From NCBI GenBank assembly GCA_963662615.2, contig CAXXSR010000001.1, forward strand, positions 768,001 to 832,000: 64,000 nucleotides of DNA, given 5' to 3'. A program made the position numbers and the translations under genes. A model generated the notes under the pieces. That model saw nothing but the letters and a program-made list of their open reading frames with translations. It had not been told where the DNA came from and did no database searches. The DNA comes from Dehalococcoidia bacterium. Lineage in GTDB: Bacteria > Chloroflexota > Dehalococcoidia > Bin125. Positions 49,986 through 58,141 of this stretch are shown here, piece after piece (the first letter of the stretch is position 1; each line of letters begins with the position of its first letter).

Positions 49986-50969
49986 TTAGCCGACCCGATC
50001 CCGCAGCCGTCGCCGCCGCGCTCGCCGCGCTTCACCCGCGAGGAGCTGGGCGCTGATTCCATCCAGCGAGGCCTCAACAGCAACCCGCTTCGCCGACTCC
50101 GTCACGTGCGTGTAGATCTGAGTCGTGGCCACGCTGGCGTGGCCCAGCAGCTCCTGGACAACTCTGATGTCCGCACCGCCTTCGAGCATATGAGTGGCAA
50201 ATGAATGCCGCAACAGATGCGGGTGAACCGGCTGGGCCAAGCCCGCGGCGACTGCATAGCGGCCTACGGCCAACTGCACGGCGCGGGCCGAGAGCCGTCC
50301 CCCGAAGCGGTTGAGCCACAGCCAATCCCCGCTCGCCTCCGAGAGGAGCGCCCCGCGGCCGTGCTCCAGGTAATCCTCCAGCGCGAGCAGCGCGTGCTCC
50401 CCCAAGAGGGCCACGCGCTCCCGCGAGCCTTTGGCCCACACCCGCAGGACGGCGCTCTCCCAGTCTATTGACGCCTGCTGGAGCGTCACCAGCTCGCTCA
50501 CGCGCAAGCCTGACCCGTACAGCACCTCCAGGACGGCGCGGTCGCGCAGGCCAGCGGCGGTGTTCAGGTCCGGCGCGGCGATCAGCGCCTCCACCTCGCG
50601 CACGCTCAGGAACGTGGGCAGATGCAGGGGGATCTTCGGCGTCCCGGCCAGTTTGAGCGGATTGGTGGGCAGCACCCCCTGCCCAAAGAGGTGCTTGAAG
50701 AACGACTTGATCGTGCTGCCGCGGCGCCGCACGCTGCCGGGGGCCATGCCGTCACGCTGGAGCGTGCTGAGGTAGTTGCGATAGACGGCGCGGGTGACGC
50801 CCGTCAGCGCGATGCCCTGCTCCTGCAGGTAGATGAGGTAAGGGGTCAGATCGGCGCGGTAGTTGCGCAGCGTGTGCGGGGAGAGGTTCCGTTCCCTGCG
50901 CAGGAGCTCCAGGTAGCGCTCCAGGTCGTCGGCTCCGGCGACGAGCGTCTCGTGGGAATCCGTGATCAC
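49986..50969 (-). CDS. xerC: Tyrosine recombinase XerC/XerD
   Basis: RDRAVLEVLYGSGLRVSE, HPHLLRHSFATH, LGH..TTQIYTH; dprA-topA-xerC synteny. Confidence 0.88.
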   Translation of the reverse strand: MITDSHETLVAGADDLERYLELLRRERNLSPHTLRNYRADLTPYLIYLQEQGIALTGVTRAVYRNYLSTLQRDGMAPGSVRRRGSTIKSFFKHLFGQGVLPTNPLKLAGTPKIPLHLPTFLSVREVEALIAAPDLNTAAGLRDRAVLEVLYGSGLRVSELVTLQQASIDWESAVLRVWAKGSRERVALLGEHALLALEDYLEHGRGALLSEASGDWLWLNRFGGRLSARAVQLAVGRYAVAAGLAQPVHPHLLRHSFATHMLEGGADIRVVQELLGHASVATTQIYTHVTESAKRVAVEASLDGISAQLLAGEARRARRRRLRDRVG

Positions 50970-51070
50970 GTGCGCCTACAGGCGGACACCCTCGCCACCA
51001 ACCCGGAGGGCCACTCTAACGGGCGAGCGGTTTGGAGCAATCGGGGCGGGCCGGCGCGGTAAAGCGGACG

Positions 51071-53932
51071 TTAATCGTCTGGGGGTTTGACGGTCGAGCG
51101 CTTGGCGGTCGAGCGCTTAGCGGTCGAGCGCTTTGCGGTTGAGCGCTTCGCCGGGCCGGCGGCCTTCTTGCCGCCCTTCGCGCCGCCGGCCCGTTTGCGG
51201 GCGGAGCCCGAGGAGCGGCGGCGCTTGGGCGCGGCGGCCTTGTCCGCAATCAGAGCCGCCGCGCGCTCCAGTGTGACCTGGGTGGGGTCCGTGCCCCGGG
51301 GCAGCGAGGCGTTGGTCTCGCCGTCACTCGCGTAGGGACCGTAGCGGCCATCCAAGATCCGGATCGGCTTGCCGCTTCCGGGGTCGGAGCCCAGGTCGGC
51401 GAGGACACGGCTGCGGCTCGCCCGCCGGAAGCTGGCGCTCTTGGGCTCCGCCAGCAGTTCCAGCGCCCGTTCCAGACTGATGGCGTAGACGTCGTCCGAG
51501 TCCGTGAGCGATCGTGACTCATCGCCGCGCTGGACGTAGGGGCCAAAGCGCCCGCTGGCCGCGGTGACCGTTTCGCCGCCGGCCGGGTCCGTTCCCAGCG
51601 TGCGCGGCAGCGACAGCCAGAGCAGCGCATCCTCCAGCGTCACGTCATCCGGGTTCGCGCCGGGGGTCGCGGATGCGCGTTGCGGCCGCGGCGCGCCCTT
51701 GGCGCCGTCCGGGGGGCTGGGTCCCCGCTGGACGTAGGGGCCGAAGCGGCCGCGGTGCAGGACGACCTCCAGGCCCGTATCTGGATCGTGTCCCAGGTTG
51801 CGGGGCGCCTCGGCATTGACGGCGAGCAGTTCGCGCGCCCGGGCCGTGTCGAGCTCGGCGGGCGGCAGGTCCGGCGGCACCGAGGCCGTGTTGCCGGGTC
51901 CGCCCTCTCCGCGCTGGAGATACGGCCCGAAGCGGCCGATGCGCACGGCGATGGGATCGCCGCTTTCGGGGTCGGCGCCAATGTCCAGCATGGGAAAGCC
52001 GATGTCGGGCAATTCGGTGTCGATGCGGGCCGCCAGCCCGGGCTCGCCGTCGCTGCCGTGATAGAAGGCGCGCAGGTGCGAAAGGGAGTCGCTCTCGCCC
52101 CGCGCGATGGCGTCGAGCACCTCCTCCATCTGGGCGGTGAAGCGCGGTTCGACCAGATCGCCGAAGTGGCGCTCCAACAGCTCCGTGACCGCATAGGCGA
52201 GGAAGCTGGGCACCAGGGCGCTGCCCTGGCGGAAGGCGTAGCCGCGGTCCTGGATGGTGCTGAGGATGGCGGCATACGTGCTGGGCCGGCCCAACCCCTC
52301 TTCCTCCAGCCGGCGCACCAGGCTTGCCTCGGTGAATCGCGGGGGCGGCTGCGTTTGGTGGCGCTTCGCCTCCAGGGCGGCGAGCCGGACGCTCTCCCCT
52401 GCCGCGACGGCGGGCAGAAGGCGCTCGCTCTCGTCCTCCGCTTCGGGGTCGTCGGGCTCTACGGCGGCAACGCGCAAGTAGCCCGCGAACACCAGGCGGC
52501 GGCCGCGGGCCTCGAACAGGCCGGGGCTGTCGCCGGCCCGGGCCCCCGTGAGCTGGACTTGGATCTGCACGACCGTGCGCTCCAGCTGCGCGTCCGTCAT
52601 CTGGCTGGCGAGCGTCCGGCGCCAGACGAGTTCGTACAGCCGCAATTGGTCCTCGCTGAGGGCGGAGCGGATCGCGTCGGGGCTGCGTCGCACGTGCGTG
52701 GGGCGGATCGCTTCGTGGGCCTCCTGGGCGTTGCGGGTGCGGGTGCGGTAGGCGCGCGAGCCGCCGGCGTAGGCCGCCCCGAACTGCTCCCGGATCAGAT
52801 CCTGCAGCTCCGTGAGCACCGGCTTGGCCAGCGTCACCGAGTCCGTGCGCATGTACGTGATCAGGCCCTCGCGCTCGCTCCCTACGTCCACGCCCTCGTA
52901 GAGGCTCTGGGCGACTTGCATGGTGCGCCGGGCGCTGAAGCCCAGCTTGCGACTGGCCTCTTGCTGCAGGGTTGAGGTGGTAAACGGCGGCGCCGGTCGC
53001 TGGCTGTGCGGCGACGTTTCCACGCTGGTCACGTTCCATGGCTCGGCAGCGCGCAGCGCCTCGATCAGGTCCGCGACCTGGGCTTCGTCGAGCAGGCGTA
53101 CGCCGGCCGCCGTGAGGGCGCCGCTGGCCGGGTCGAAGTCGCGCGTGGTCGGGAGCCGCTCTTGGCCCAAGCGCTTGAGGGTGGCGGGCAGCGGACCCTC
53201 CGCAGCCTCCAGCGTCGCCTCGGCGTCCCAGTAAGTGGCGGCACGAAAGCGCGCGCGCTCCCGCTCGCGATCCACCAGCAGCCGCACGGCGACGCTCTGG
53301 ACGCGCCCGGCGGAGAGCCCCACCTGGATCTTGCGCCAGAGCACCGGGGAGAGGCTGTAGCCGAACAGCCGGTCCAGGATGCGCCGCGACTCCTGCGCCT
53401 CCACGAGATTGCGATCGACCTGCCGGGGCGAGCGCAGCGCTTGCTCAATGGCCTCCGGGGTCACTTCATGAAAGACGATCCGCTCCACCGGCACGGTTGG
53501 GGCCAGCAGCTCGATCAGGTGCCAGCCAATGCTTTCGCCCTCGCGGTCTTCGTCGGTGGCCAGCAGGAGCTTGTCGGCGCCCTTCAGGATCTGCTGCAGT
53601 CGCTTCACATGGGCTCGCTTGTCGGCCGGCACGATGTAGACGGGCGCAAAATCCTCTTCCACGTTGACGCCCAGCTCGGCCCAGGGCTTGCCCTTGATTG
53701 AGTCCGGGCGCTCTTCCGCCGTGCTGGGCAGGTCTCGGACATGGCCGTAGGAGGCGTCAACGACGTAGTCGTCGCCGAGGAACCGCGCGATGGTCTCGGC
53801 CTTCGCCGGTGACTCGACGATGACGAGATGGCGCCGGCGGGGGCTGCGCCGAGGTTTGCTCTTGGCGGGCTTGTCCGCGGCCGACGAGGCGGACGCTGGG
53901 GGGCTCTGCTCCCTGCTCTCAGGCGCGGACAT
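51071..53932 (-). CDS. topA: DNA topoisomerase I with C-terminal repeats and basic tail
   Basis: VIVESPAKA, ATDEDREGE, SAGRVQS, ITYMRTD, GRFGPY repeats, (AKRST)n tail. Confidence 0.97.
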   Translation of the reverse strand: MSAPESREQSPPASASSAADKPAKSKPRRSPRRRHLVIVESPAKAETIARFLGDDYVVDASYGHVRDLPSTAEERPDSIKGKPWAELGVNVEEDFAPVYIVPADKRAHVKRLQQILKGADKLLLATDEDREGESIGWHLIELLAPTVPVERIVFHEVTPEAIEQALRSPRQVDRNLVEAQESRRILDRLFGYSLSPVLWRKIQVGLSAGRVQSVAVRLLVDRERERARFRAATYWDAEATLEAAEGPLPATLKRLGQERLPTTRDFDPASGALTAAGVRLLDEAQVADLIEALRAAEPWNVTSVETSPHSQRPAPPFTTSTLQQEASRKLGFSARRTMQVAQSLYEGVDVGSEREGLITYMRTDSVTLAKPVLTELQDLIREQFGAAYAGGSRAYRTRTRNAQEAHEAIRPTHVRRSPDAIRSALSEDQLRLYELVWRRTLASQMTDAQLERTVVQIQVQLTGARAGDSPGLFEARGRRLVFAGYLRVAAVEPDDPEAEDESERLLPAVAAGESVRLAALEAKRHQTQPPPRFTEASLVRRLEEEGLGRPSTYAAILSTIQDRGYAFRQGSALVPSFLAYAVTELLERHFGDLVEPRFTAQMEEVLDAIARGESDSLSHLRAFYHGSDGEPGLAARIDTELPDIGFPMLDIGADPESGDPIAVRIGRFGPYLQRGEGGPGNTASVPPDLPPAELDTARARELLAVNAEAPRNLGHDPDTGLEVVLHRGRFGPYVQRGPSPPDGAKGAPRPQRASATPGANPDDVTLEDALLWLSLPRTLGTDPAGGETVTAASGRFGPYVQRGDESRSLTDSDDVYAISLERALELLAEPKSASFRRASRSRVLADLGSDPGSGKPIRILDGRYGPYASDGETNASLPRGTDPTQVTLERAAALIADKAAAPKRRRSSGSARKRAGGAKGGKKAAGPAKRSTAKRSTAKRSTAKRSTVKPPDD

Positions 53933-55007
53933 AGGTCATGGGTCCCACCTGGCGCACCAACCCCTTCAGTTCCAGCATAGCCAGCGTGCTGCTGACGGTG
54001 GAGGCGGGCAGGCCGGCGGCCCGCACTGCGTCGTCGATGTGGACCGGCTCCCCGCCCAGGCGCCGAAGGAGCGCGGCCTGCTGGGGATCTTCCGGGATCA
54101 GGGCGGCGAGTTCTATCTGCTGCTCAACCATTTGCAGGTTGAGCTCTTCCAAAATATCGGACACGTTGGTGACCAGCTTGGCCATGCCCTGCTGGATCAG
54201 GGCGTTCGTGGCCCGGCTGGTTGGCGACGTGATGCGGCCCGGCACGGCGAACACTTCGCGGTTCTGCTCGTTGGCCCAGTTGGCGGTGTGGAGGGCGCCA
54301 GAGCCCTCGCCCGCCTCGACGATCAGCGTGCCCAGGGTGAGCCCGGAGAGGATGCGGTTGCGCCGGGGGAAATAGTCGGCGCGGGGCCGGACGCCCAACG
54401 GCTGTTCCGAGACCAGCGCGCCCTGCTGGGCGATACGGCGCGCCAGACCGGCGTGCTCGGGCGGGTAGATGATGTCCAGTCCGCAGGCCAGCACGGCGAT
54501 GCTGCGCCCACCGGCCTCCAGCGCGGCTTCATGGGCAATGCCATCCACGCCGCGCGCCAGCCCGCTGGTGACGGTGACGCCGTTCTGAGCCAGGCCCCGG
54601 CTCATCTCCTGGGTCACCTGGCGGCCATAGGGCGAGACGCGGCGAGTACCGACCACCGCCACCGACCACTCATCCTTTCGCTCCAGACTGCCCCGCACGA
54701 ACAGCAGGGGCGGCTTGTCGTCGATTTCGCGCAGGCGCGCCGGGTATTCGGGGTCGTGCCAGGTGTAGGCCGCGACGCCGGCGCGTTGGATGGCCGCCAG
54801 TTCCGCCTCCGGCACGATCTGGCCGCGGGCGCGAGCGAGCGAGCGCAGGGTGGCGGCGTCCAGGCCCGCGGCCCGCAGCTCTTCCGAGGGCGCGGCCCAG
54901 GCGTCGGCGAGGGAGCAGAAGCGCTGCTCCAGCAGGCCCACGCGGCGGCTGCCAATCCGCGAGACGCGGGCGAAGGCGAGCCAGTAGGGCAGATGCGTAT
55001 GTGCCAT
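53919..55007 (-). CDS. dprA: DNA-processing protein DprA
   Basis: AVVGTR, SGLARGVD, FPRRNRILSG, SGALHTA, VFAVPG. Confidence 0.95.
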   Translation of the reverse strand: MAHTHLPYWLAFARVSRIGSRRVGLLEQRFCSLADAWAAPSEELRAAGLDAATLRSLARARGQIVPEAELAAIQRAGVAAYTWHDPEYPARLREIDDKPPLLFVRGSLERKDEWSVAVVGTRRVSPYGRQVTQEMSRGLAQNGVTVTSGLARGVDGIAHEAALEAGGRSIAVLACGLDIIYPPEHAGLARRIAQQGALVSEQPLGVRPRADYFPRRNRILSGLTLGTLIVEAGEGSGALHTANWANEQNREVFAVPGRITSPTSRATNALIQQGMAKLVTNVSDILEELNLQMVEQQIELAALIPEDPQQAALLRRLGGEPVHIDDAVRAAGLPASTVSSTLAMLELKGLVRQVGPMTYVRA

Positions 55008-55024
55008 GAGTTCGGCAGGATACT

Positions 55025-56317
55025 CTACGGCGCCGTGACCGGCTCGTCGCTGCGCGAGCCGGACTCCGTCGCGTCCCGGCGAACGCGCACCCGCGCGATG
55101 CGGCGGCCGTCCATCCGCAACACCGCCAGGTGGAGCCCGTCGACGTGGACTTCGTCCCCGACCTCCGGGATCTTGCCCAGGCGGTCGAACATCAAGCCGC
55201 CCACGGTCGCGAAATCCACGCCCTCGAGCTTGTAGCCGAAGAGCTCGTCCAGGCTGTCCGTGGAGGTGCGGCCGTCCAGGATCGCTTCGTCGTCCGAGAT
55301 GCGCACGACCGAGTCGGCGCTGGAGTGGTCATACTCGTCCTCAATTTCGCCCACGATCTCCTCCAGCAGGTCCTCAATGGTGACCAGGCCGGCGGTGCCT
55401 CCGTACTCGTCCAGGACGATGGCGATGTGGACGCGCTTGGTCCGGAACTCGGTGAGGAGGTCGTCGATGAGCTTGGACTCCGGCACCAGCAGGGGCGGCC
55501 GCATGAGGTCCCGCACGGCGGTGTCGCGGTTGGCGAGCAGTTCGGCGAGCGCATCCTTGGCGTAGAGGATGCCGATGACGTTGTCCAGGCTGCCCTCGAA
55601 TACCGCAACCCGCGAGACGCCGCGGTCGACGGCGATCTGGGCCGCGTCGCGGAGGGCGCTCTCCACGTCGACGGCGACGATATCGGGGCGCGGCACCGCG
55701 GCTTCATGCACCGGGGTCTCGCCGATCTCGATCACGCGCCGGATCATCTCGCGTTCGTCGGCCTCAATGCCGCCGCCGTCGTTCTGTTCCAGGAGGACCT
55801 CCAACTCCGTGGGCTCGGGAGCGTGAGCCGCCTGCGCGGCGCGGAAGCGCGTGATCGAGAAGGCGGGCGCCTCCATCACGAGCGCCGGGATCACGAAGAG
55901 GGAATCCAGCGCGTCCATGGTCCGGGCGGCCAGCAGACCGAACGCCTCCGGCGACGTGCCGGCCAGCCGCCGCGGCACCGCTTGCGCGACACCGGCCACC
56001 AGAAAGGCGACCGCGCCCGTCGCGATGACCGCTTCCCAACTGAAGCCCAGCTCCTGGGCGATCAAATAGACGGCCGCCGTCACGCCGGTGGTGACGGCCA
56101 GCGTGCGGCCCACGGCGAACGATCCCAGCGCCCGCTCACGCGCCTGGATGATGCGATGGAGCCGTTGCGCGGTGGGGTCGTCCGGTTCACGCTCGAGCAG
56201 CAGGCGCGCTCGCGAGCGGCTGAGGCTGATCACGCCGGCCTCCGCGGCCGCCTCCACGACCAGGAGCGCGAACGCCGCCACCAGCACGATCAGGGCCACT
56301 ATCGATCCGGCGCTCAT
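55025..56317 (-). CDS. Hemolysin-family / CNNM-CBS-CorC transporter-associated protein
   Basis: TM N-terminus, CBS pair, [26 protein letters not shown]. Confidence 0.9.
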   Translation of the reverse strand: MSAGSIVALIVLVAAFALLVVEAAAEAGVISLSRSRARLLLEREPDDPTAQRLHRIIQARERALGSFAVGRTLAVTTGVTAAVYLIAQELGFSWEAVIATGAVAFLVAGVAQAVPRRLAGTSPEAFGLLAARTMDALDSLFVIPALVMEAPAFSITRFRAAQAAHAPEPTELEVLLEQNDGGGIEADEREMIRRVIEIGETPVHEAAVPRPDIVAVDVESALRDAAQIAVDRGVSRVAVFEGSLDNVIGILYAKDALAELLANRDTAVRDLMRPPLLVPESKLIDDLLTEFRTKRVHIAIVLDEYGGTAGLVTIEDLLEEIVGEIEDEYDHSSADSVVRISDDEAILDGRTSTDSLDELFGYKLEGVDFATVGGLMFDRLGKIPEVGDEVHVDGLHLAVLRMDGRRIARVRVRRDATESGSRSDEPVTAP

Positions 56318-56353
56318 GGCGATCCGCCGTTCATGGCGATCCGCCGCTCATGG
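56314..56353 (-). repeat. 17-bp tandem duplication forming chained ATGA mini-ORFs
   Basis: Minus strand CCATGA-GCGGCGGATCG-CCATGA-ACGGCGGATCG-CCATGA. Confidence 0.9.
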
Positions 56354-57760
56354 GGCAGGCCGGTCGCGGGGGCGATCAGTGCGGGCAGGATCGTTGCGGG
56401 CCGGGTGGCCCACGACGCGCCGCCCCGCGGGCACGTCACGAGTGACGACGGCGCCGGCGCCGGTGCGGGCATCGTCTCCGATGGCCAGGGGCGCGATCAG
56501 GAGCGAATCACTGCCAATGAAAACGCGCTCGCCGATCAGGGTGCGGTGCTTGGCCGCGCCGTCGTAGTTGCAGGTGATCGCCCCCGCGCCGATGTTGGCC
56601 CCCGCGCCCACCTCCGCGTCGCCGAGATAGGAGAAATGGCCCATCGTCACGCCCGCGTGCAAGTGGGCGTTTTTCGTCTCGGCATGCGTGCCGATGTGGA
56701 CGCCGTCGTCCAGGACGGTGCCGGCGCGGAGCGTGCTGTAGGGCCCCACCGTGACGCCGTCCCCCAGGATGGCGTCCGTGACGCTGCACTGCTCCAGGAC
56801 GCAGTTGGCGCCCACGACCGCGTCCCGGAGCACGGCGTTGGGGCCCAGGCGACTGCCGCCGCCGACGACGGTGCGGCCGCGCAGGTGCGTGCCCGGCTCC
56901 AGCACGGTGTCGGGCTCGATGTGGACGTCGGCGTCGATGTAGGTGGTGGCCGGATCGACGATGGTCACGCCGCCCCGCATCCAGGCCGTCCGCAGGCGCG
57001 CGCGCAGGACGCGCTCCGCGCGCGCCTGGTCCTGGCGGTCCTCCACGTTCAGGGGTCCATCCGCCGCATCGATAGGCACCGCCAGCGCGCCTCCGGGCTC
57101 CACGGCCGCTCGGGCGATGGCGTCGGTCAGATAGATCTCGCCGCTCGCGCCGGCCGGCAGCGCTGCCAGTGCGGGCCAGAGCCAGGCCGTCTCGAAGCGG
57201 TAGAGGCCGGCGCAGACCTCATCGATGCGCGCCGTCTCCGCGCTCGTCTCGACCTCCTCCACGATGGCGGTGAGGCGGCCCGCCCCATCGCGCACGACGC
57301 GGCCCAGCCCGGCGGGGTCGGCCACCGTGATAGTGGCGACGGCCGCGCGGCACGGCGTCGCGGCGACCAGCGCGCGCAGGTGGGCGCCGGTAAGGAGACC
57401 GAGGTCGCCGTTCACGACCACGACTCTCTCTCCCGTCACCACCTCCCGCGCCTGTAGCAGCGCGTTGCCGGTCCCCCGCGGCTCCGCCTGATGGGCAAAG
57501 GTGATATCGAGCCCTTCGACGTCGTCAGAGGAGACGCCGGCGCGGACCTGCTCTTCGTCGATACCCGTCACCACCACGGCGCGGGGGATCCCGGCCGCGC
57601 GAACGGCGTGCAGGACATGGAGGAGCATGGGCCGCCCGGCGAGCGGGTGCAGGACTTTGGGCAGGCGCGAGCGCATGCGCGTTCCGGCGCCGGCGGCGAG
57701 CACGACAGCCGTAGTGGGTCGTTGACCGTCGTCGTCAGCGTCCATGGGCGTCATCAACAT
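56348..57760 (-). CDS. glmU: Bifunctional UDP-GlcNAc pyrophosphorylase / GlcN-1-P acetyltransferase
   Basis: VLAAGAGTRMRS.LPKVLH, GEIYLTD, hexapeptide repeats, HFSYLGDA, ITCNYDG. Start ambiguous because of a 19-bp duplication at 57741-57782. Confidence 0.95.
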   Translation of the reverse strand: MLMTPMDADDDGQRPTTAVVLAAGAGTRMRSRLPKVLHPLAGRPMLLHVLHAVRAAGIPRAVVVTGIDEEQVRAGVSSDDVEGLDITFAHQAEPRGTGNALLQAREVVTGERVVVVNGDLGLLTGAHLRALVAATPCRAAVATITVADPAGLGRVVRDGAGRLTAIVEEVETSAETARIDEVCAGLYRFETAWLWPALAALPAGASGEIYLTDAIARAAVEPGGALAVPIDAADGPLNVEDRQDQARAERVLRARLRTAWMRGGVTIVDPATTYIDADVHIEPDTVLEPGTHLRGRTVVGGGSRLGPNAVLRDAVVGANCVLEQCSVTDAILGDGVTVGPYSTLRAGTVLDDGVHIGTHAETKNAHLHAGVTMGHFSYLGDAEVGAGANIGAGAITCNYDGAAKHRTLIGERVFIGSDSLLIAPLAIGDDARTGAGAVVTRDVPAGRRVVGHPARNDPARTDRPRDRPAP

Positions 57761-57967
57761 CCATGGGCGTCATTAACTTCCATAGGGAGGGCCTAGCGTC
57801 GCGACGCTTGCGGTCAGGCGCGCGCGTCGGTGATCCGACGCCGACGGAAGGATCGGGCGAGGATGAGGAGGCTCGTCAGCCGTATCCGCTTGTTCGCAGC
57901 GCTCTTCCAACTGACCTCGTGGGCGACTCGCTCCCGGCTGGGAGGGTCGCCGCTTCTCCACCATTTG

Positions 57968-57997
57968 ACAGTAGGAACGGAGCGGGCGCGATGTCAA
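57968..57997 (-). promoter_or_regulatory. Putative sigma70 promoter upstream of glmU
   Basis: Minus strand TTGACA-N18-TACTGT. Confidence 0.5.
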
Positions 57998-58141
57998 CTG
58001 CCCTTGAGGTCGCCCGTCCGCTCTTTCGCGCCGCGGGCGCCGCCGTCGATCGCGGTGCTGAGCGTGCCGCTGCGGTTCCTATGCCGTCGCCGTTCCTATA
58101 CTGGGGAAGCGGCGGCGGCGTGCGAGTCGATGAGGCGCAAG

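Noticed and set aside
49986-50969. Integrase of a mobile element
   Set aside because: Housekeeping XerC in the conserved dprA-topA-xerC context; no att sites or cargo.
57860-57920. Partial resemblance to a glmS ribozyme (AGCGC..GAAC..TGACGAG) upstream of glmU
   Set aside because: P1 pairing is incomplete and the downstream conserved core is absent; glmS itself has only a ~40-nt intergenic gap.
58000-58141. T-box leader for alaS
   Set aside because: No GGTGG-ACCGCG T-box motif, and a TATACT -10 lies only ~40 nt before the start.
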